From Hadesarchaea archaeon (lineage in GTDB: Archaea > Hadarchaeota > Hadarchaeia > Hadarchaeales > Hadarchaeaceae): a DNA stretch of 64,000 nt. Position 1 is the stretch's first letter; every line of letters begins with the position of its first letter. The stretch spans positions 1 through 64,000 of the forward strand of contig JAPDJH010000005.1 in the NCBI GenBank assembly GCA_029259175.1, in the 5' to 3' direction. The position numbers and the translations under genes are program-made. Shown in pieces: positions 47,351 through 57,080 of the stretch. The notes under the pieces are model-generated. The model was not told the origin of the DNA and did no database searches. It worked only from the letters and a program-made list of their open reading frames with translations.

Positions 47351-48523
47351 CTAATATTGAGTGCCAAGAATTTTCTTGATTTTAGACCACAAAAAGGAAA
47401 AACCGAACCGAGCCATCAGAGAGGGGGCTCGCTTGAAAAAGGCAGAAGCGAGAGAAGAGTGGCGATCGAAATCGAAGTTGTTTAAAATGATTTGTTTTAT
47501 TTCTGGTTCGGCCAGCATGGCGATTATTTTATCTAACTCTGAATCCGACAAACGCCAGAAAAATTCGCGCAACATCATTCCCACTTTTATCTCCCTCCCA
47601 AGTTTTTCTTCCACAGCTTGCGAATATGTCTCTCCGATTTTCTCGATATCGGGAGAGGTGAGTCTCTCAGCAATTACGTCAGCTGCCAAAGCTGAACATG
47701 AAAGTCCATAATAAAGCCCGCCGCCCGTCATCGGTTTTACCTGACCAGCAGCATCGCCGACCAAAAGTGTTCTCCCAGCTCCTGGTGATGAAACGAAAAA
47801 CCGCGGTATGAGTCCCGAACAACTACTGAGAATCTTGACGGCAGTCTGTCGGCAAAACGGGTGAGTTTTAAGTAAGAAAAGAGGATTTCCTGAAGTGCAA
47901 CCTAAACCCACTCTGGTGATTTCGCCTCCGGGAATAGCCCAAGCGAAAAAACCGGGAGCGATGCTTTTCCCCAACCACACGGTTACCTTATCTTGCTCCC
48001 AAGTGTTGCTGATCTCGGCTTGAGAGCAGAAAAAGTACTCACGTCTCGACACAAATCTGCGCGCAAGCCTCGATGTCGGACCGTCTGCACTCACCAACAC
48101 GTCACAGAATATCTCATCGCTCACAAATCCTTGTGTCCTGATCTTTGGGATTTTCTTGACACTTGCTTCTATCCCTCTGGTTTTGAGAAAAATGGTCGCG
48201 CCAGCGGCAAGTGCCCGTTCGGCTAGCGCTCTATCAAAAGCAGGTCTATTGATTACCCAGGCCTGTGGCTCCGCTTTAAATTCGATACTGGAACCGTTTG
48301 GTGACACAAACTCCGCCCTGCTGACAGTCGAGATGACCCAATCCTCCTTCCTGAAACCTAGTTCTTTCATTCCCTTGATGCCGACCAATCCGCCGCAACA
48401 CGAGGGATTCCCTATCTGAGGATCCTCTTCGATTACCGCCACATCTACTCCATGCTCCGCCAATTTCCAAGCGAGAAAAGTGCCCGCTGGACCGCCCCCC
48501 ACCACGACCACATCAAACCTCAT
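47351..48523 (-). CDS. Geranylgeranyl reductase family flavoprotein
   Basis: VVGGGPAG, CGGL, RPAFDR, FFAWAIP, VGDAAGQVKPMTGGG. Confidence 0.88.
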   Translation of the reverse strand: MRFDVVVVGGGPAGTFLAWKLAEHGVDVAVIEEDPQIGNPSCCGGLVGIKGMKELGFRKEDWVISTVSRAEFVSPNGSSIEFKAEPQAWVINRPAFDRALAERALAAGATIFLKTRGIEASVKKIPKIRTQGFVSDEIFCDVLVSADGPTSRLARRFVSRREYFFCSQAEISNTWEQDKVTVWLGKSIAPGFFAWAIPGGEITRVGLGCTSGNPLFLLKTHPFCRQTAVKILSSCSGLIPRFFVSSPGAGRTLLVGDAAGQVKPMTGGGLYYGLSCSALAADVIAERLTSPDIEKIGETYSQAVEEKLGREIKVGMMLREFFWRLSDSELDKIIAMLAEPEIKQIILNNFDFDRHSSLASAFFKRAPSLMARFGFSFLWSKIKKILGTQY

Positions 48524-48780
48524 TGTTTCTCCTCCTCGGATTCGGCCGATTTTTCTGCCACTATTCGCTCCACGTAAATTTCAACTCGTGGGCTAGCTCC
48601 ATCGGCGGACTTCTCAAAAGTTGGAGTGGATGTGTCCACATTTTCTCCATTATAAGGACGCAGGAATGAAAAAGAAGTTGGTCGCCCTTGGATTGGCATC
48701 GCCACTAGTGCCGTCGCGCAAAGCACGAGCACTAGCCATAAGCACCTCCATCGCGTATTTTTGCCCATTTGCTCCCTCAA
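48520..48780 (-). CDS. Short secreted hypothetical protein, possibly a truncated surface protein
   Basis: Signal-like hydrophobic stretch, then PTSFSFLRPYNGENVDTSTPTF; ATGA overlap with GGR. Confidence 0.4.
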   Translation of the reverse strand: MREQMGKNTRWRCLWLVLVLCATALVAMPIQGRPTSFSFLRPYNGENVDTSTPTFEKSADGASPRVEIYVERIVAEKSAESEEEKQ

Positions 48781-48859
48781 AAATTTGCACAGAATGTGAA
48801 AATAGATTGGGGCATCATGTTTTTAGGAGATTTGGAGAAGACTAAAGCAGTGGAGTTCG

Positions 48860-49372
48860 ATGCTGGCAAAAATCGGATATGTGATCGCTGGGTTATTATT
48901 GATAGGAGTGCCAGGATTCCTTTTCTCGGTGGCACTCTATCCTAACCGAAAATCCCTTGGCTTCTGGGAGAGAACAGGAGTCAGTATCGGGCTCGGTATC
49001 TTAGTGGTAATCTACGAGGTCGCTACGTTAGCCAAGCTCAAATCCATGACTTTGGAACCCTTTCTGGCTATGGCGACCGGTGTTGGGGTGGCTCTCGGTG
49101 TGATGGCTATTATCCGGAAAGGAACAGGTGCCGTTCAAGAATATATCGAAGAAATCAGGATTGGTCTCGCTAAGATTGGCGGTCGAATACCGAAACCCGT
49201 GAAAAAAATGGAGAAACCTTCTGCCCCAATCGAACAGAAATGTGAGGCCTGTGGAGAAGCAAACCCCCCGGATGTCGTCTATTGTATCTACTGCGGAAAT
49301 CCATTGAAGAAGCCACAGGAGAGTGAAAAAAGCGATGTTCAAGTTCAAGCAAGTGATAGTGGTGCGGTCTGA
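48860..49372 (+). CDS. Membrane protein (DUF1616-like N-terminus) with a C-terminal zinc ribbon
   Basis: [22 protein letters not shown]; CEACG..NPP..YCIYCG. Confidence 0.7.
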   Translation: MLAKIGYVIAGLLLIGVPGFLFSVALYPNRKSLGFWERTGVSIGLGILVVIYEVATLAKLKSMTLEPFLAMATGVGVALGVMAIIRKGTGAVQEYIEEIRIGLAKIGGRIPKPVKKMEKPSAPIEQKCEACGEANPPDVVYCIYCGNPLKKPQESEKSDVQVQASDSGAV

Positions 49373-49691
49373 TCTTGATATGAGTTCTGGGAAACTGGCG
49401 GCTCAAGTTGCTCACGCCGCAGTTGGAGCCGCTGAACAAACGAGAAAAGAAAAAAATGAATGGTTTAAGGGATGGCTGAAGGAAGGACAGAAGAAAGTTG
49501 TGGTTAAGGTTTCCTCCGAAGAAGAGCTCAGGAGTCTTTGTGAAAAAGCGAGCGAACTGGGACTCCCCTTCCAGCTAATCGAAGATGCGGGTTTGACTGA
49601 GCTTCCGCCGGGCACCGTTACTACCTTGGGAATCGGGCCAGGACCATCCAACCTCGTAGATCAAGTGACAGGTCGATTACCTCTGCTTTGA
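49335..49691 (+). CDS. pth2: Peptidyl-tRNA hydrolase Pth2
   Basis: [34 protein letters not shown]. Confidence 0.96.
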   Translation: MFKFKQVIVVRSDLDMSSGKLAAQVAHAAVGAAEQTRKEKNEWFKGWLKEGQKKVVVKVSSEEELRSLCEKASELGLPFQLIEDAGLTELPPGTVTTLGIGPGPSNLVDQVTGRLPLL

Positions 49692-49702
49692 GGTCGATCA
49701 AG

Positions 49703-50683
49703 ATGAAACTAAAAGACGTGGGAGAAAGGACAATCATAGAATTTGCTAGAAAAGTGTGCAAAACCCGAACTCCGGTAAAGGTGGGTGTTGGGGACGACGC
49801 CGCGGTTCTCCGTTTGGGAAATGTCAAAGTAGTTGTTACTACCGACATGTTGGTGGCGGAAACACACTTCCCAAAAAATGTTTCACCAGAGGCGATCGGA
49901 GAAAAAGCCGTTGCCGTGAACCTCAGCGATTTGGCTGCGATGGGTGCACGCCCATTGGCTGTTTTGTTCTCGGTAGGATTTCCAACAGATACTAACGTGA
50001 AATTCGTGAAACAGCTTATTCGAAGTATGTATCGGACTGCAAAGCGCTATGGATGCCAAGTGGTGGGTGGAGATGTCTGTGAGAGCCCCGTTCTGACCGT
50101 TGGCGGGATTGCCCTCGGGATTTGTGAGGGAAATGTTCTGAAAAGGAGCGGTGCAAGGCCTAGAGACCTCATAGGAATCACGGGTAAAACAGGTGCTGCC
50201 GCGGCGGGACTCGATTTGATGAAGAACAAAAGACTTGCGAGAAAATTTCCATCACTTGTGGGAGCACAGCTCAAACCGAGGGCACGTGTTGCTGAAGGAC
50301 TCGCACTGGCCAAAACGCCGGGAGTCACATCCGCGATCGACATAAGCGATGGTCTGGCGCGCAATCTTTGGCAACTGGCAAAGGAAAGCGGAGTCAAGAT
50401 GGTTCTCGAAAGAATCCCCGTCGACCCACGTGTGGAAAAGGCGAGCAAACACGCCAGAAAAAGCGCGGCAGAATATGCTCTTTACGGGGGAGAAGACTAT
50501 GAGCTCCTATTCACCTTTAGACCTGGTGCAATCACTGCACTAAAACAAGCGTTTGCAAAGATCGGATCACGGTTCCTAGTGATTGGACGTGTAGAGAAAG
50601 GCCGGGGAGTTTATTTGAGGATCGACAAAAAACTTGAGCAAGTTCCCGACCGAGGATTTGAACATTTCACAATCAAAACATAA
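49703..50683 (+). CDS. thiL: Thiamine-monophosphate kinase
   Basis: GDDAA, NLSDLAAMGA, GGD, IDISDGL, GGEDYEL. Confidence 0.94.
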   Translation: MKLKDVGERTIIEFARKVCKTRTPVKVGVGDDAAVLRLGNVKVVVTTDMLVAETHFPKNVSPEAIGEKAVAVNLSDLAAMGARPLAVLFSVGFPTDTNVKFVKQLIRSMYRTAKRYGCQVVGGDVCESPVLTVGGIALGICEGNVLKRSGARPRDLIGITGKTGAAAAGLDLMKNKRLARKFPSLVGAQLKPRARVAEGLALAKTPGVTSAIDISDGLARNLWQLAKESGVKMVLERIPVDPRVEKASKHARKSAAEYALYGGEDYELLFTFRPGAITALKQAFAKIGSRFLVIGRVEKGRGVYLRIDKKLEQVPDRGFEHFTIKT

Positions 50684-50723
50684 TGTTCAAAACCCAGCAA
50701 ACGCTTGTTGGTGAGGGGTCGAA

Positions 50724-52232
50724 ATGAATCTCGATAGGTACGAACGGAAAGTCTTGGGCGTGCTAGCCCAGTATGAAGGTGCCGTCTTGGTAGAAGATGT
50801 TACAAAAAAACTGCAAATCGATCAAGCTACTGTCATGCGTGCCTGTTTGTCCCTACAAGAAAAGAACCTAGCAAAAATAGAGGGGAAAGAAATCGGCTAT
50901 GTAAAGCTAAGTGAGGAAGGAAGAAAATATGCACAAAAAGGACTTCCCGAACGAAGACTTCTCAAAGCGCTCGTCCAGGCTTCAGGGAAGCCTCTTCCAG
51001 AAATATTTTCACTCGCTTCTCTCGATCCAGACGAACAACAGATCGCACTTGCATGGATCAGGCGTAGAGGGTGGGCAGAGTTCAGAAAAAAAGATGGAGA
51101 AACTGTGCTCGAAATCACTCAAAAAGGAAAAGATGAGCTAGAAGGAAAAACCCCCGAAGAAGAGCTGATAGAAAGCGTGAGAGAAAAAGCGCTGGAACTT
51201 GATTCTGTACGTTTAGATCTGAGGGATGCTTTACAGACTTTGCAAAGGAGAGGCTTGCTAGAGATTCTAACAAAAAAGAAGAGATGGGTAGAGCTCAGCG
51301 GACAGGGAAGAGAATTAGCAAAAAAGGGTTTAGAAGAAATCGAGGAAATCACTGAGCTAACCCGTGAGGATTTGATAACTGGAAGATGGCGAAAGGCCAG
51401 ATTGAAAAAATACGATGTGACTGCTCCGGGGCCAGCAATATATCCTGCCAAAATTCACCCGCAGCGCCGAGTAATAGAGGAACTCAGGGAGATCTTGTTA
51501 GAAATGGGCTTCACAGAAATCAAGAGCAGAATAGTGGAAACGGAGTTCTGGAACTTCGATGCACTGTTTCAAGCGCAAGACCATCCAGCCCGTGAGATCC
51601 ACGATAGTCTCTCTGTGAAAAAACCCAAAGAGGGAAAACTCCCGTCTAACAGGCTTCTGCGACGCGTTGCTCAAGCACACGAAAAAGGGGTTGTAGGGTC
51701 GACGGGCTGGGGGTACAAGTTCAATCCGGCTATTTCCAAACGACTGGTGCTGTGCTCTCAGACCACGGCTGCCACCGTCAGATTCCTCGCCTCAAAGCCA
51801 GAACCACCTGTGAAAGTATTCTGCATCGATAGGGTCTATCGGCACGAACACATCGATTACAAACACTTGGCAGAGTTCTACCAGTGCGAGGGAATAGTGA
51901 TGGACAAAGGACTCACACTTCGCGACATGTTGGGTTATCTCAAACTGATAGTTAACAAGCTAGGGCTAGAGAAAATAAGATTCAGGCCTGGATACTTCCC
52001 CTATACTGAGCCATCGGTAGAAGCTGAGGTTTACTTTCCGGAAAAAAATGAATGGATAGAAGTGCTCGGAGCGGGAATGTTCAGGCCGGAGCTTTTGAGA
52101 CCGCTAGGGATCAAGTACCCAGTGCTCGCTTGGGGTATCGGCTTCTCGAGACTGGCGATGATTAAGCTGGGAATCAGCGATATCCGGGATCTATACTCCT
52201 GTGATCTTGAGTGGATCAGACAGCAGAGGTGA
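50724..52232 (+). CDS. pheS: Phenylalanine--tRNA ligase alpha subunit
   Basis: FWNFDALFQAQDHPARE, HLAEFYQCEG, YFPYTEPS, GAGMFRPE. Confidence 0.97.
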   Translation: MNLDRYERKVLGVLAQYEGAVLVEDVTKKLQIDQATVMRACLSLQEKNLAKIEGKEIGYVKLSEEGRKYAQKGLPERRLLKALVQASGKPLPEIFSLASLDPDEQQIALAWIRRRGWAEFRKKDGETVLEITQKGKDELEGKTPEEELIESVREKALELDSVRLDLRDALQTLQRRGLLEILTKKKRWVELSGQGRELAKKGLEEIEEITELTREDLITGRWRKARLKKYDVTAPGPAIYPAKIHPQRRVIEELREILLEMGFTEIKSRIVETEFWNFDALFQAQDHPAREIHDSLSVKKPKEGKLPSNRLLRRVAQAHEKGVVGSTGWGYKFNPAISKRLVLCSQTTAATVRFLASKPEPPVKVFCIDRVYRHEHIDYKHLAEFYQCEGIVMDKGLTLRDMLGYLKLIVNKLGLEKIRFRPGYFPYTEPSVEAEVYFPEKNEWIEVLGAGMFRPELLRPLGIKYPVLAWGIGFSRLAMIKLGISDIRDLYSCDLEWIRQQR

Positions 52233-52236
52233 GAAG

Positions 52237-53871
52237 ATGCCCACAGTCAACACCACCTATGAAGAGATAAGCCGGTTGCTGAAGAAAGAAATACCAAAGC
52301 CAGAACTCGTCGAACGACTGGCACTTTTGGGAATCGAGAGCGAAGAAAGCGAAGAGGGATTGAAACTGGAGGTCCCCCATAACCGGCCAGACTTGCTGAG
52401 CGTTGAAGGAATCGTGCGTGCGTTGAAGGGAGTCCTCGGCATAAAAACCGGACTCCCACAATACCCTTTGAGAAAACCAAAAATCGAAGTGGTGGTGGAT
52501 CCAAGCACAAGCACAGTCCGTCCTCATATCGCGTGCGGGGTGATAAGAGATGTAAAGCTGGATGAGGAAACAGTTGCTTCCCTGATGCAAGTCCAAGAAA
52601 AACTACACGCCACATACTGTCGAAAGCGAAAAAAGGCGTCGATAGGAGTATACGATCTGGATACTCTTCAGCCACCCATTACATACACTACGGTGGATCC
52701 GGAAGGAATCAAGTTCGTGCCTCTGGAATACACTCAAGCACTCACTCCCGCGGAGATCCTTCGACAGCACCCCAAGGGAGTGGAGTACGCCCATCTGTTA
52801 GAAGGATTATCACGGTATCCCGTCCTGATCGACTCCAAGGGAACCGTTCTGTCCCTTCCACCCATAGTGAACAGCGAAGACACCAAGGTGAGCGCAAACA
52901 CGAAAGCTCTCTTCATCGATGTCACGGGGCTGGATCGCCGAGTGGTTGAGTCAGCTCTCAAGGTTCTCATGACCTCGCTGGCAGAAAGAGGATTCGTGCT
53001 AGAAGGAGTACGGATCAAACAACGAAAAAAGACTAGAGTGACGCCTCAGCTAAAACCCGTAAGAAAGGCGCTCGCAGTGAAAAATACGAACCAAATGTTA
53101 GGTTTGACGTTAAACGCACGTCAGATCGCCCAGCTCGCAAAGAAAATGAGATACGGCATCGCCCGAGTAACTGATACACATGTAGACCTTCTAGTCCCGC
53201 CATATAGGGTCGATATCTTACACGAAGTGGATCTCATAGAAGATATCGCCATAGCGTACGGATATGATAAGTTGGAGCCCACCATTCCGCCTGTGTGCAC
53301 CATCGGTTCCGCTGCCGAGATCGAAAAGATGAGCACCAAGATTCGGCTAACAATGATTGGGCTGGGATTCACAGAACTCATGACGTATTCGCTCATAAGT
53401 ACGAAAAAAGCCCAACTCTTCAACAAAGAGGTCGTGGAAATCGCCAATCCAGTATCCGAGGAGTACTCCGCGGTACGAAACAGTTTGATACCCTCGTTGT
53501 TGGATGCCGTGTTCAAAAATCAGCAATATCCGACGCCGCAAAAGCTGTTTGAAATCGGTGATATCGTAGTATTCGACGAAGCGGATGAAACAAAAACGAG
53601 GACTGTGAGATGCGTGGCCGGAGCAATAGTCGGAAAGAGTGCCACGTTCACTAATGTGCGTTCGGTTGCAGAAGCAGTGCTCAGAGAACTGGGCATACCA
53701 TTTCAAACAGTGGCGGCCAACCCGGAGGGCTTCATAGAGGGGAGATGTGTCTCTTTCATCCATGAACAGGAAGTGGTGGGGAAAGCTGGAGAAATCCATC
53801 CCGAGATGCTCGAACTTTACAGAATAGAGAACCCGGTCGCGGTTTTCGAACTTGTCCTAGGGACTATCTGA
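52237..53871 (+). CDS. pheT: Phenylalanine--tRNA ligase beta subunit
   Basis: NRPDLLSVEG, QEKLH, PPIVNS, RVDILHEVDLIEDIAIAYGY. Confidence 0.96.
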   Translation: MPTVNTTYEEISRLLKKEIPKPELVERLALLGIESEESEEGLKLEVPHNRPDLLSVEGIVRALKGVLGIKTGLPQYPLRKPKIEVVVDPSTSTVRPHIACGVIRDVKLDEETVASLMQVQEKLHATYCRKRKKASIGVYDLDTLQPPITYTTVDPEGIKFVPLEYTQALTPAEILRQHPKGVEYAHLLEGLSRYPVLIDSKGTVLSLPPIVNSEDTKVSANTKALFIDVTGLDRRVVESALKVLMTSLAERGFVLEGVRIKQRKKTRVTPQLKPVRKALAVKNTNQMLGLTLNARQIAQLAKKMRYGIARVTDTHVDLLVPPYRVDILHEVDLIEDIAIAYGYDKLEPTIPPVCTIGSAAEIEKMSTKIRLTMIGLGFTELMTYSLISTKKAQLFNKEVVEIANPVSEEYSAVRNSLIPSLLDAVFKNQQYPTPQKLFEIGDIVVFDEADETKTRTVRCVAGAIVGKSATFTNVRSVAEAVLRELGIPFQTVAANPEGFIEGRCVSFIHEQEVVGKAGEIHPEMLELYRIENPVAVFELVLGTI

Positions 53872-54049
53872 CCTTGAGTGCGTATTTTCCCGGTTTGGTT
53901 ATTTGAAGCTTCTTGGCGATTTGAGAATTTTCTGGATCTCGGATTATCACATATCCCGACCAATCAAGTGAAAGAGATGTGCTCCCACAGTTCGGACAAC
54001 TTTCTCCGGTAGTTATGAGGCGACAATTTCTGCAGGCTCTCTCCTTCAC
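53864..54049 (-). CDS. spt4: Transcription elongation factor Spt4 (RpoE'')
   Basis: ACRNCR..CPNCGS..WSG..PGKYALKVR. Confidence 0.95.
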   Translation of the reverse strand: MKERACRNCRLITTGESCPNCGSTSLSLDWSGYVIIRDPENSQIAKKLQITKPGKYALKVR

Positions 54050-54600
54050 GAACTCCCACCTTTCTTGCCCTGCTCTTCTAGCCACTCAAGCTTGCCGAGA
54101 CCGGGTTGTCTCATGGTTAAACCAATCTTGCCCGTTTTTCCTTTCTTGGTGCCTATACCCACCACTCGGGCCCTCACCTTGTCTCCTTCTTTCAAGCTCA
54201 GCTTTTTCTCTTTCCCGTAGAGAACCCTTTTCTTGCGATCATAACCCACGAAATCATCCATTACCTGAGAAACGTGAACAAGCGCATCCACCGGGCCTAT
54301 CCGAACAAACGCTCCAAAATCCACAATTTCTACGACTTCCCCTACTACGACCTCATTCAGTTCTGGCTTGTACACCAGAGCATCGAAAATCACGTCATGA
54401 TAGCTCGCGCCGTCCCCCATTATTATTCTTCCTTCTCCGATCTCTTTCACTTCGGTGATTGCCAGAATTGTTCCTACGTCTTTATCTGTGATTCCCAAAT
54501 AGTTTTTGTTCAGTAAATCTACTATCACCTCTTCTAGAGGTTCGCCGAAACGATTGGGAGGGACTCTTACCGTGTCCTCCACTGTTATTACTTTAAACAT
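54046..54600 (-). CDS. rpoE1: RNA polymerase subunit Rpo7 (RpoE')
   Basis: VRVPP..GDGASY..FGAFVRIGP.DALVHVSQ..LTMRQPGLGKLEW. Confidence 0.96.
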   Translation of the reverse strand: MFKVITVEDTVRVPPNRFGEPLEEVIVDLLNKNYLGITDKDVGTILAITEVKEIGEGRIIMGDGASYHDVIFDALVYKPELNEVVVGEVVEIVDFGAFVRIGPVDALVHVSQVMDDFVGYDRKKRVLYGKEKKLSLKEGDKVRARVVGIGTKKGKTGKIGLTMRQPGLGKLEWLEEQGKKGGSS

Positions 54601-54667
54601 TTAACAACACCAACCCGTTGCCCCTTTCTCCTATTCACTCTCTCTTATAAACACTAATCGTGAGAGT

Positions 54668-56674
54668 TTACAGCAAGAGGGGCAAGAAGAGCAGCGACGC
54701 CATCGACATCAGCTTTATTAAAATGTTAAGTGATGGGCCCGAGGTGTCCTTGAAGGGGTCGCCCACCGTGTCTCCTATAACGGCCGCAGCATGGGCTTCG
54801 CTTCCTTTGCCCCCAAGGTGTCCTTCTTCAATATACTTCTTGGCGTTGTCCCACGCTCCTCCAGCGTTCGCCAGAGTCACTGCTAACATGAGTCCGCTTA
54901 CAATGGCGCCCGCAAGCAAGCCAGCCACCATCTCTAAACCAATGGTCTTGTCTAAACCAATCACCCCAGGAACAGTTCCCAGCAACAAGGGGGTCAAAAC
55001 TGCTATCGCTGCTGGAGCGATCATGTTACGCAGGGCTGCGCGAGTGCTTATGGCGACACACTTATTGTAATCCGGCTTTGCTTTTCCAGCCATGAGTCCC
55101 TTAATAGTTCTGAACTGCCGGCGGACCTCTTCTACAATGAGGCTCGCTCCCTTTCGCACCGCGCGCATGGTTAGAGCACAGAAAAGGAACGGCAACATGC
55201 CACCAACAAACAAACCGACTACCACCTTTGGATCCATCAACTCGAGCGAAAGAGTCACGCCTTTGTCCCCAACTGCTTGCACATAAGCAGAAAAGAGGGC
55301 GAGCGCAGTGAGCGCCGCTGAGCCTATTGCAAAACCTTTTCCAATCGCGGCGGTAGTGTTGCCCACGGCGTCTAATCGCTCTGCTCTTCGACGTACTTTG
55401 GAACCCATTCCTGCCATTTCGGCTATGCCTGCCGCGTTGTCAGCCACGGGACCGTAACAGTCAGTTGCAAGCGTTATACCGAGCGTGCTGAGCATTCCCA
55501 CCCCAGCTATGGCAATACCGTAAAGGCCCTGGAAGTGGTAGGCTATCAGAGTGGCACCACAGATGGCAATAATCGGGATCACTGTGCTCAGCATTCCTAC
55601 TGAAAAGCCCTCAAGAATATTGGTGGCTGGACCGGTCTCAGCTGCTAGCGCTATGTTGCGTGTGGGACCAAATCTATTTTCGGTATAGTACTCAGCGGAG
55701 AGACCAATAACAATTCCTGCTATCAAGCCTGCTAGAAACGCATAGAATGGTTCCAGCACGTTTACCGTTTGATTTGTTATCCATGCACCGCCAATGACTG
55801 CCAGCGCTGCTGCACCGAACACCCCCCGGTTCAGTGCGCCGTGGAGTGCTCCAATATCCGCCTCTCTTCCCGTCCTGACTGCAAACGAACCCAAAATGGA
55901 ACTGATTATCCCCCAACCGGCCAGAAGTAAAGGAAGCAAAACCCAATTTAACCCTCCCGCGGGCAGTAGAGATCCAAGCACCATCGCCGCAATAATAGAC
56001 CCCACGTAGGATTCAAAAAGGTCAGCGCCCATTCCAGCAACGTCGCCAACGTTGTCTCCAACATTGTCAGCTATCACGGCAGGGTTGCGCGGATCGTCTT
56101 CCGGAATTTTTGCCTCAACTTTGCCCACGAGGTCGGCGCCCATGTCTGCAGATTTGGTATAGATTCCGCCGCCCACGCGCGCAAACAAAGCTATGGAACT
56201 GGCACCGAATCCGAAACCTACCAAAACGTTGACATCTTCTAATAGCCAGTAAAACACGCTCACGCCCAGCAGGCCCAGACCAACAACACTTAGGCCCATC
56301 ACTAGACCACTGGAAAAGGCCGTTCGCAAACCTTCTCCAATACTGTGCTTAGCCGCCTCGGCTGTACGGGCGTTAGACTTGGTGGCGACCCTCATTCCAA
56401 CGTTTCCAGCCAAAGCAGAACACGTCGCGCCCACCACAAAGGTTATCGCTGTAAGGTAGTTGATGTATGCCAAAACTGCTGCAACAATAATAACATAGAC
56501 AATCATTACTCGATACTCCTGGTTCAAAAACGTCATGGCGCCGTGGTAAATCGTGTCAGACAGCTCACGCATTCGAAGTGTTCCGGGAGATCGGCGTAAG
56601 ATCCGAGCGGTAGTTATGCCCGCATAGAGAAGACTCAATACAGCACATATGATTGGGATATAGATATATTCCAT
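54668..56674 (-). CDS. hppA: Membrane-bound, K+-dependent (probably Na+-translocating) pyrophosphatase
   Basis: DMGADLVGKVE..PEDDPRNP..DNVGDNVGD, GNTTAA (Ala = K+-dependent type), DTVGDPFKDTSGP. Confidence 0.96.
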   Translation of the reverse strand: MEYIYIPIICAVLSLLYAGITTARILRRSPGTLRMRELSDTIYHGAMTFLNQEYRVMIVYVIIVAAVLAYINYLTAITFVVGATCSALAGNVGMRVATKSNARTAEAAKHSIGEGLRTAFSSGLVMGLSVVGLGLLGVSVFYWLLEDVNVLVGFGFGASSIALFARVGGGIYTKSADMGADLVGKVEAKIPEDDPRNPAVIADNVGDNVGDVAGMGADLFESYVGSIIAAMVLGSLLPAGGLNWVLLPLLLAGWGIISSILGSFAVRTGREADIGALHGALNRGVFGAAALAVIGGAWITNQTVNVLEPFYAFLAGLIAGIVIGLSAEYYTENRFGPTRNIALAAETGPATNILEGFSVGMLSTVIPIIAICGATLIAYHFQGLYGIAIAGVGMLSTLGITLATDCYGPVADNAAGIAEMAGMGSKVRRRAERLDAVGNTTAAIGKGFAIGSAALTALALFSAYVQAVGDKGVTLSLELMDPKVVVGLFVGGMLPFLFCALTMRAVRKGASLIVEEVRRQFRTIKGLMAGKAKPDYNKCVAISTRAALRNMIAPAAIAVLTPLLLGTVPGVIGLDKTIGLEMVAGLLAGAIVSGLMLAVTLANAGGAWDNAKKYIEEGHLGGKGSEAHAAAVIGDTVGDPFKDTSGPSLNILIKLMSMASLLFLPLLL

Positions 56675-56678
56675 TCAA

Positions 56679-57068
56679 TCAGCCCCGAAGCCCGTCTATC
56701 ATCAAATGACTTCGTTCTCGTAAAAAGATTACTGGGATGCCGCGCTTCCTGAGTTTTCGACGCAGGACAGAATCGTTGGTAGCGACAAGAGCTTCTTTTT
56801 GTTCAGCCAGCTGCAAAATCACATCGTCTGTTTTGCCTTCTGCGGGCACGATCTTCATTCTTTTGCTTAGTTCCAGCGCGACATTTGCAGCGGCACGCTC
56901 TCGCGGGGACCCCTGGCTTCGCAGTCTTTCTAGTTCTCTTATCACTGGTTGCGGAACCAGCAATTCGTATTTGGACTCAAGCACTCGATCGAGTTCCTTG
57001 AAGATATCCACCTTAAAGGAAGCTGGAACCATCAAAAAGTTTGTATCGACTATCACCTGAAGAACCAC
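56679..57068 (-). CDS. PIN domain protein, Fcf1/Utp24-like
   Basis: VIVDTNFL, DDVIL, VATND; conserved position after aIF2gamma. Confidence 0.88.
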   Translation of the reverse strand: MVLQVIVDTNFLMVPASFKVDIFKELDRVLESKYELLVPQPVIRELERLRSQGSPRERAAANVALELSKRMKIVPAEGKTDDVILQLAEQKEALVATNDSVLRRKLRKRGIPVIFLRERSHLMIDGLRG

Positions 57069-57080
57069 GTGTCTCGCCTT

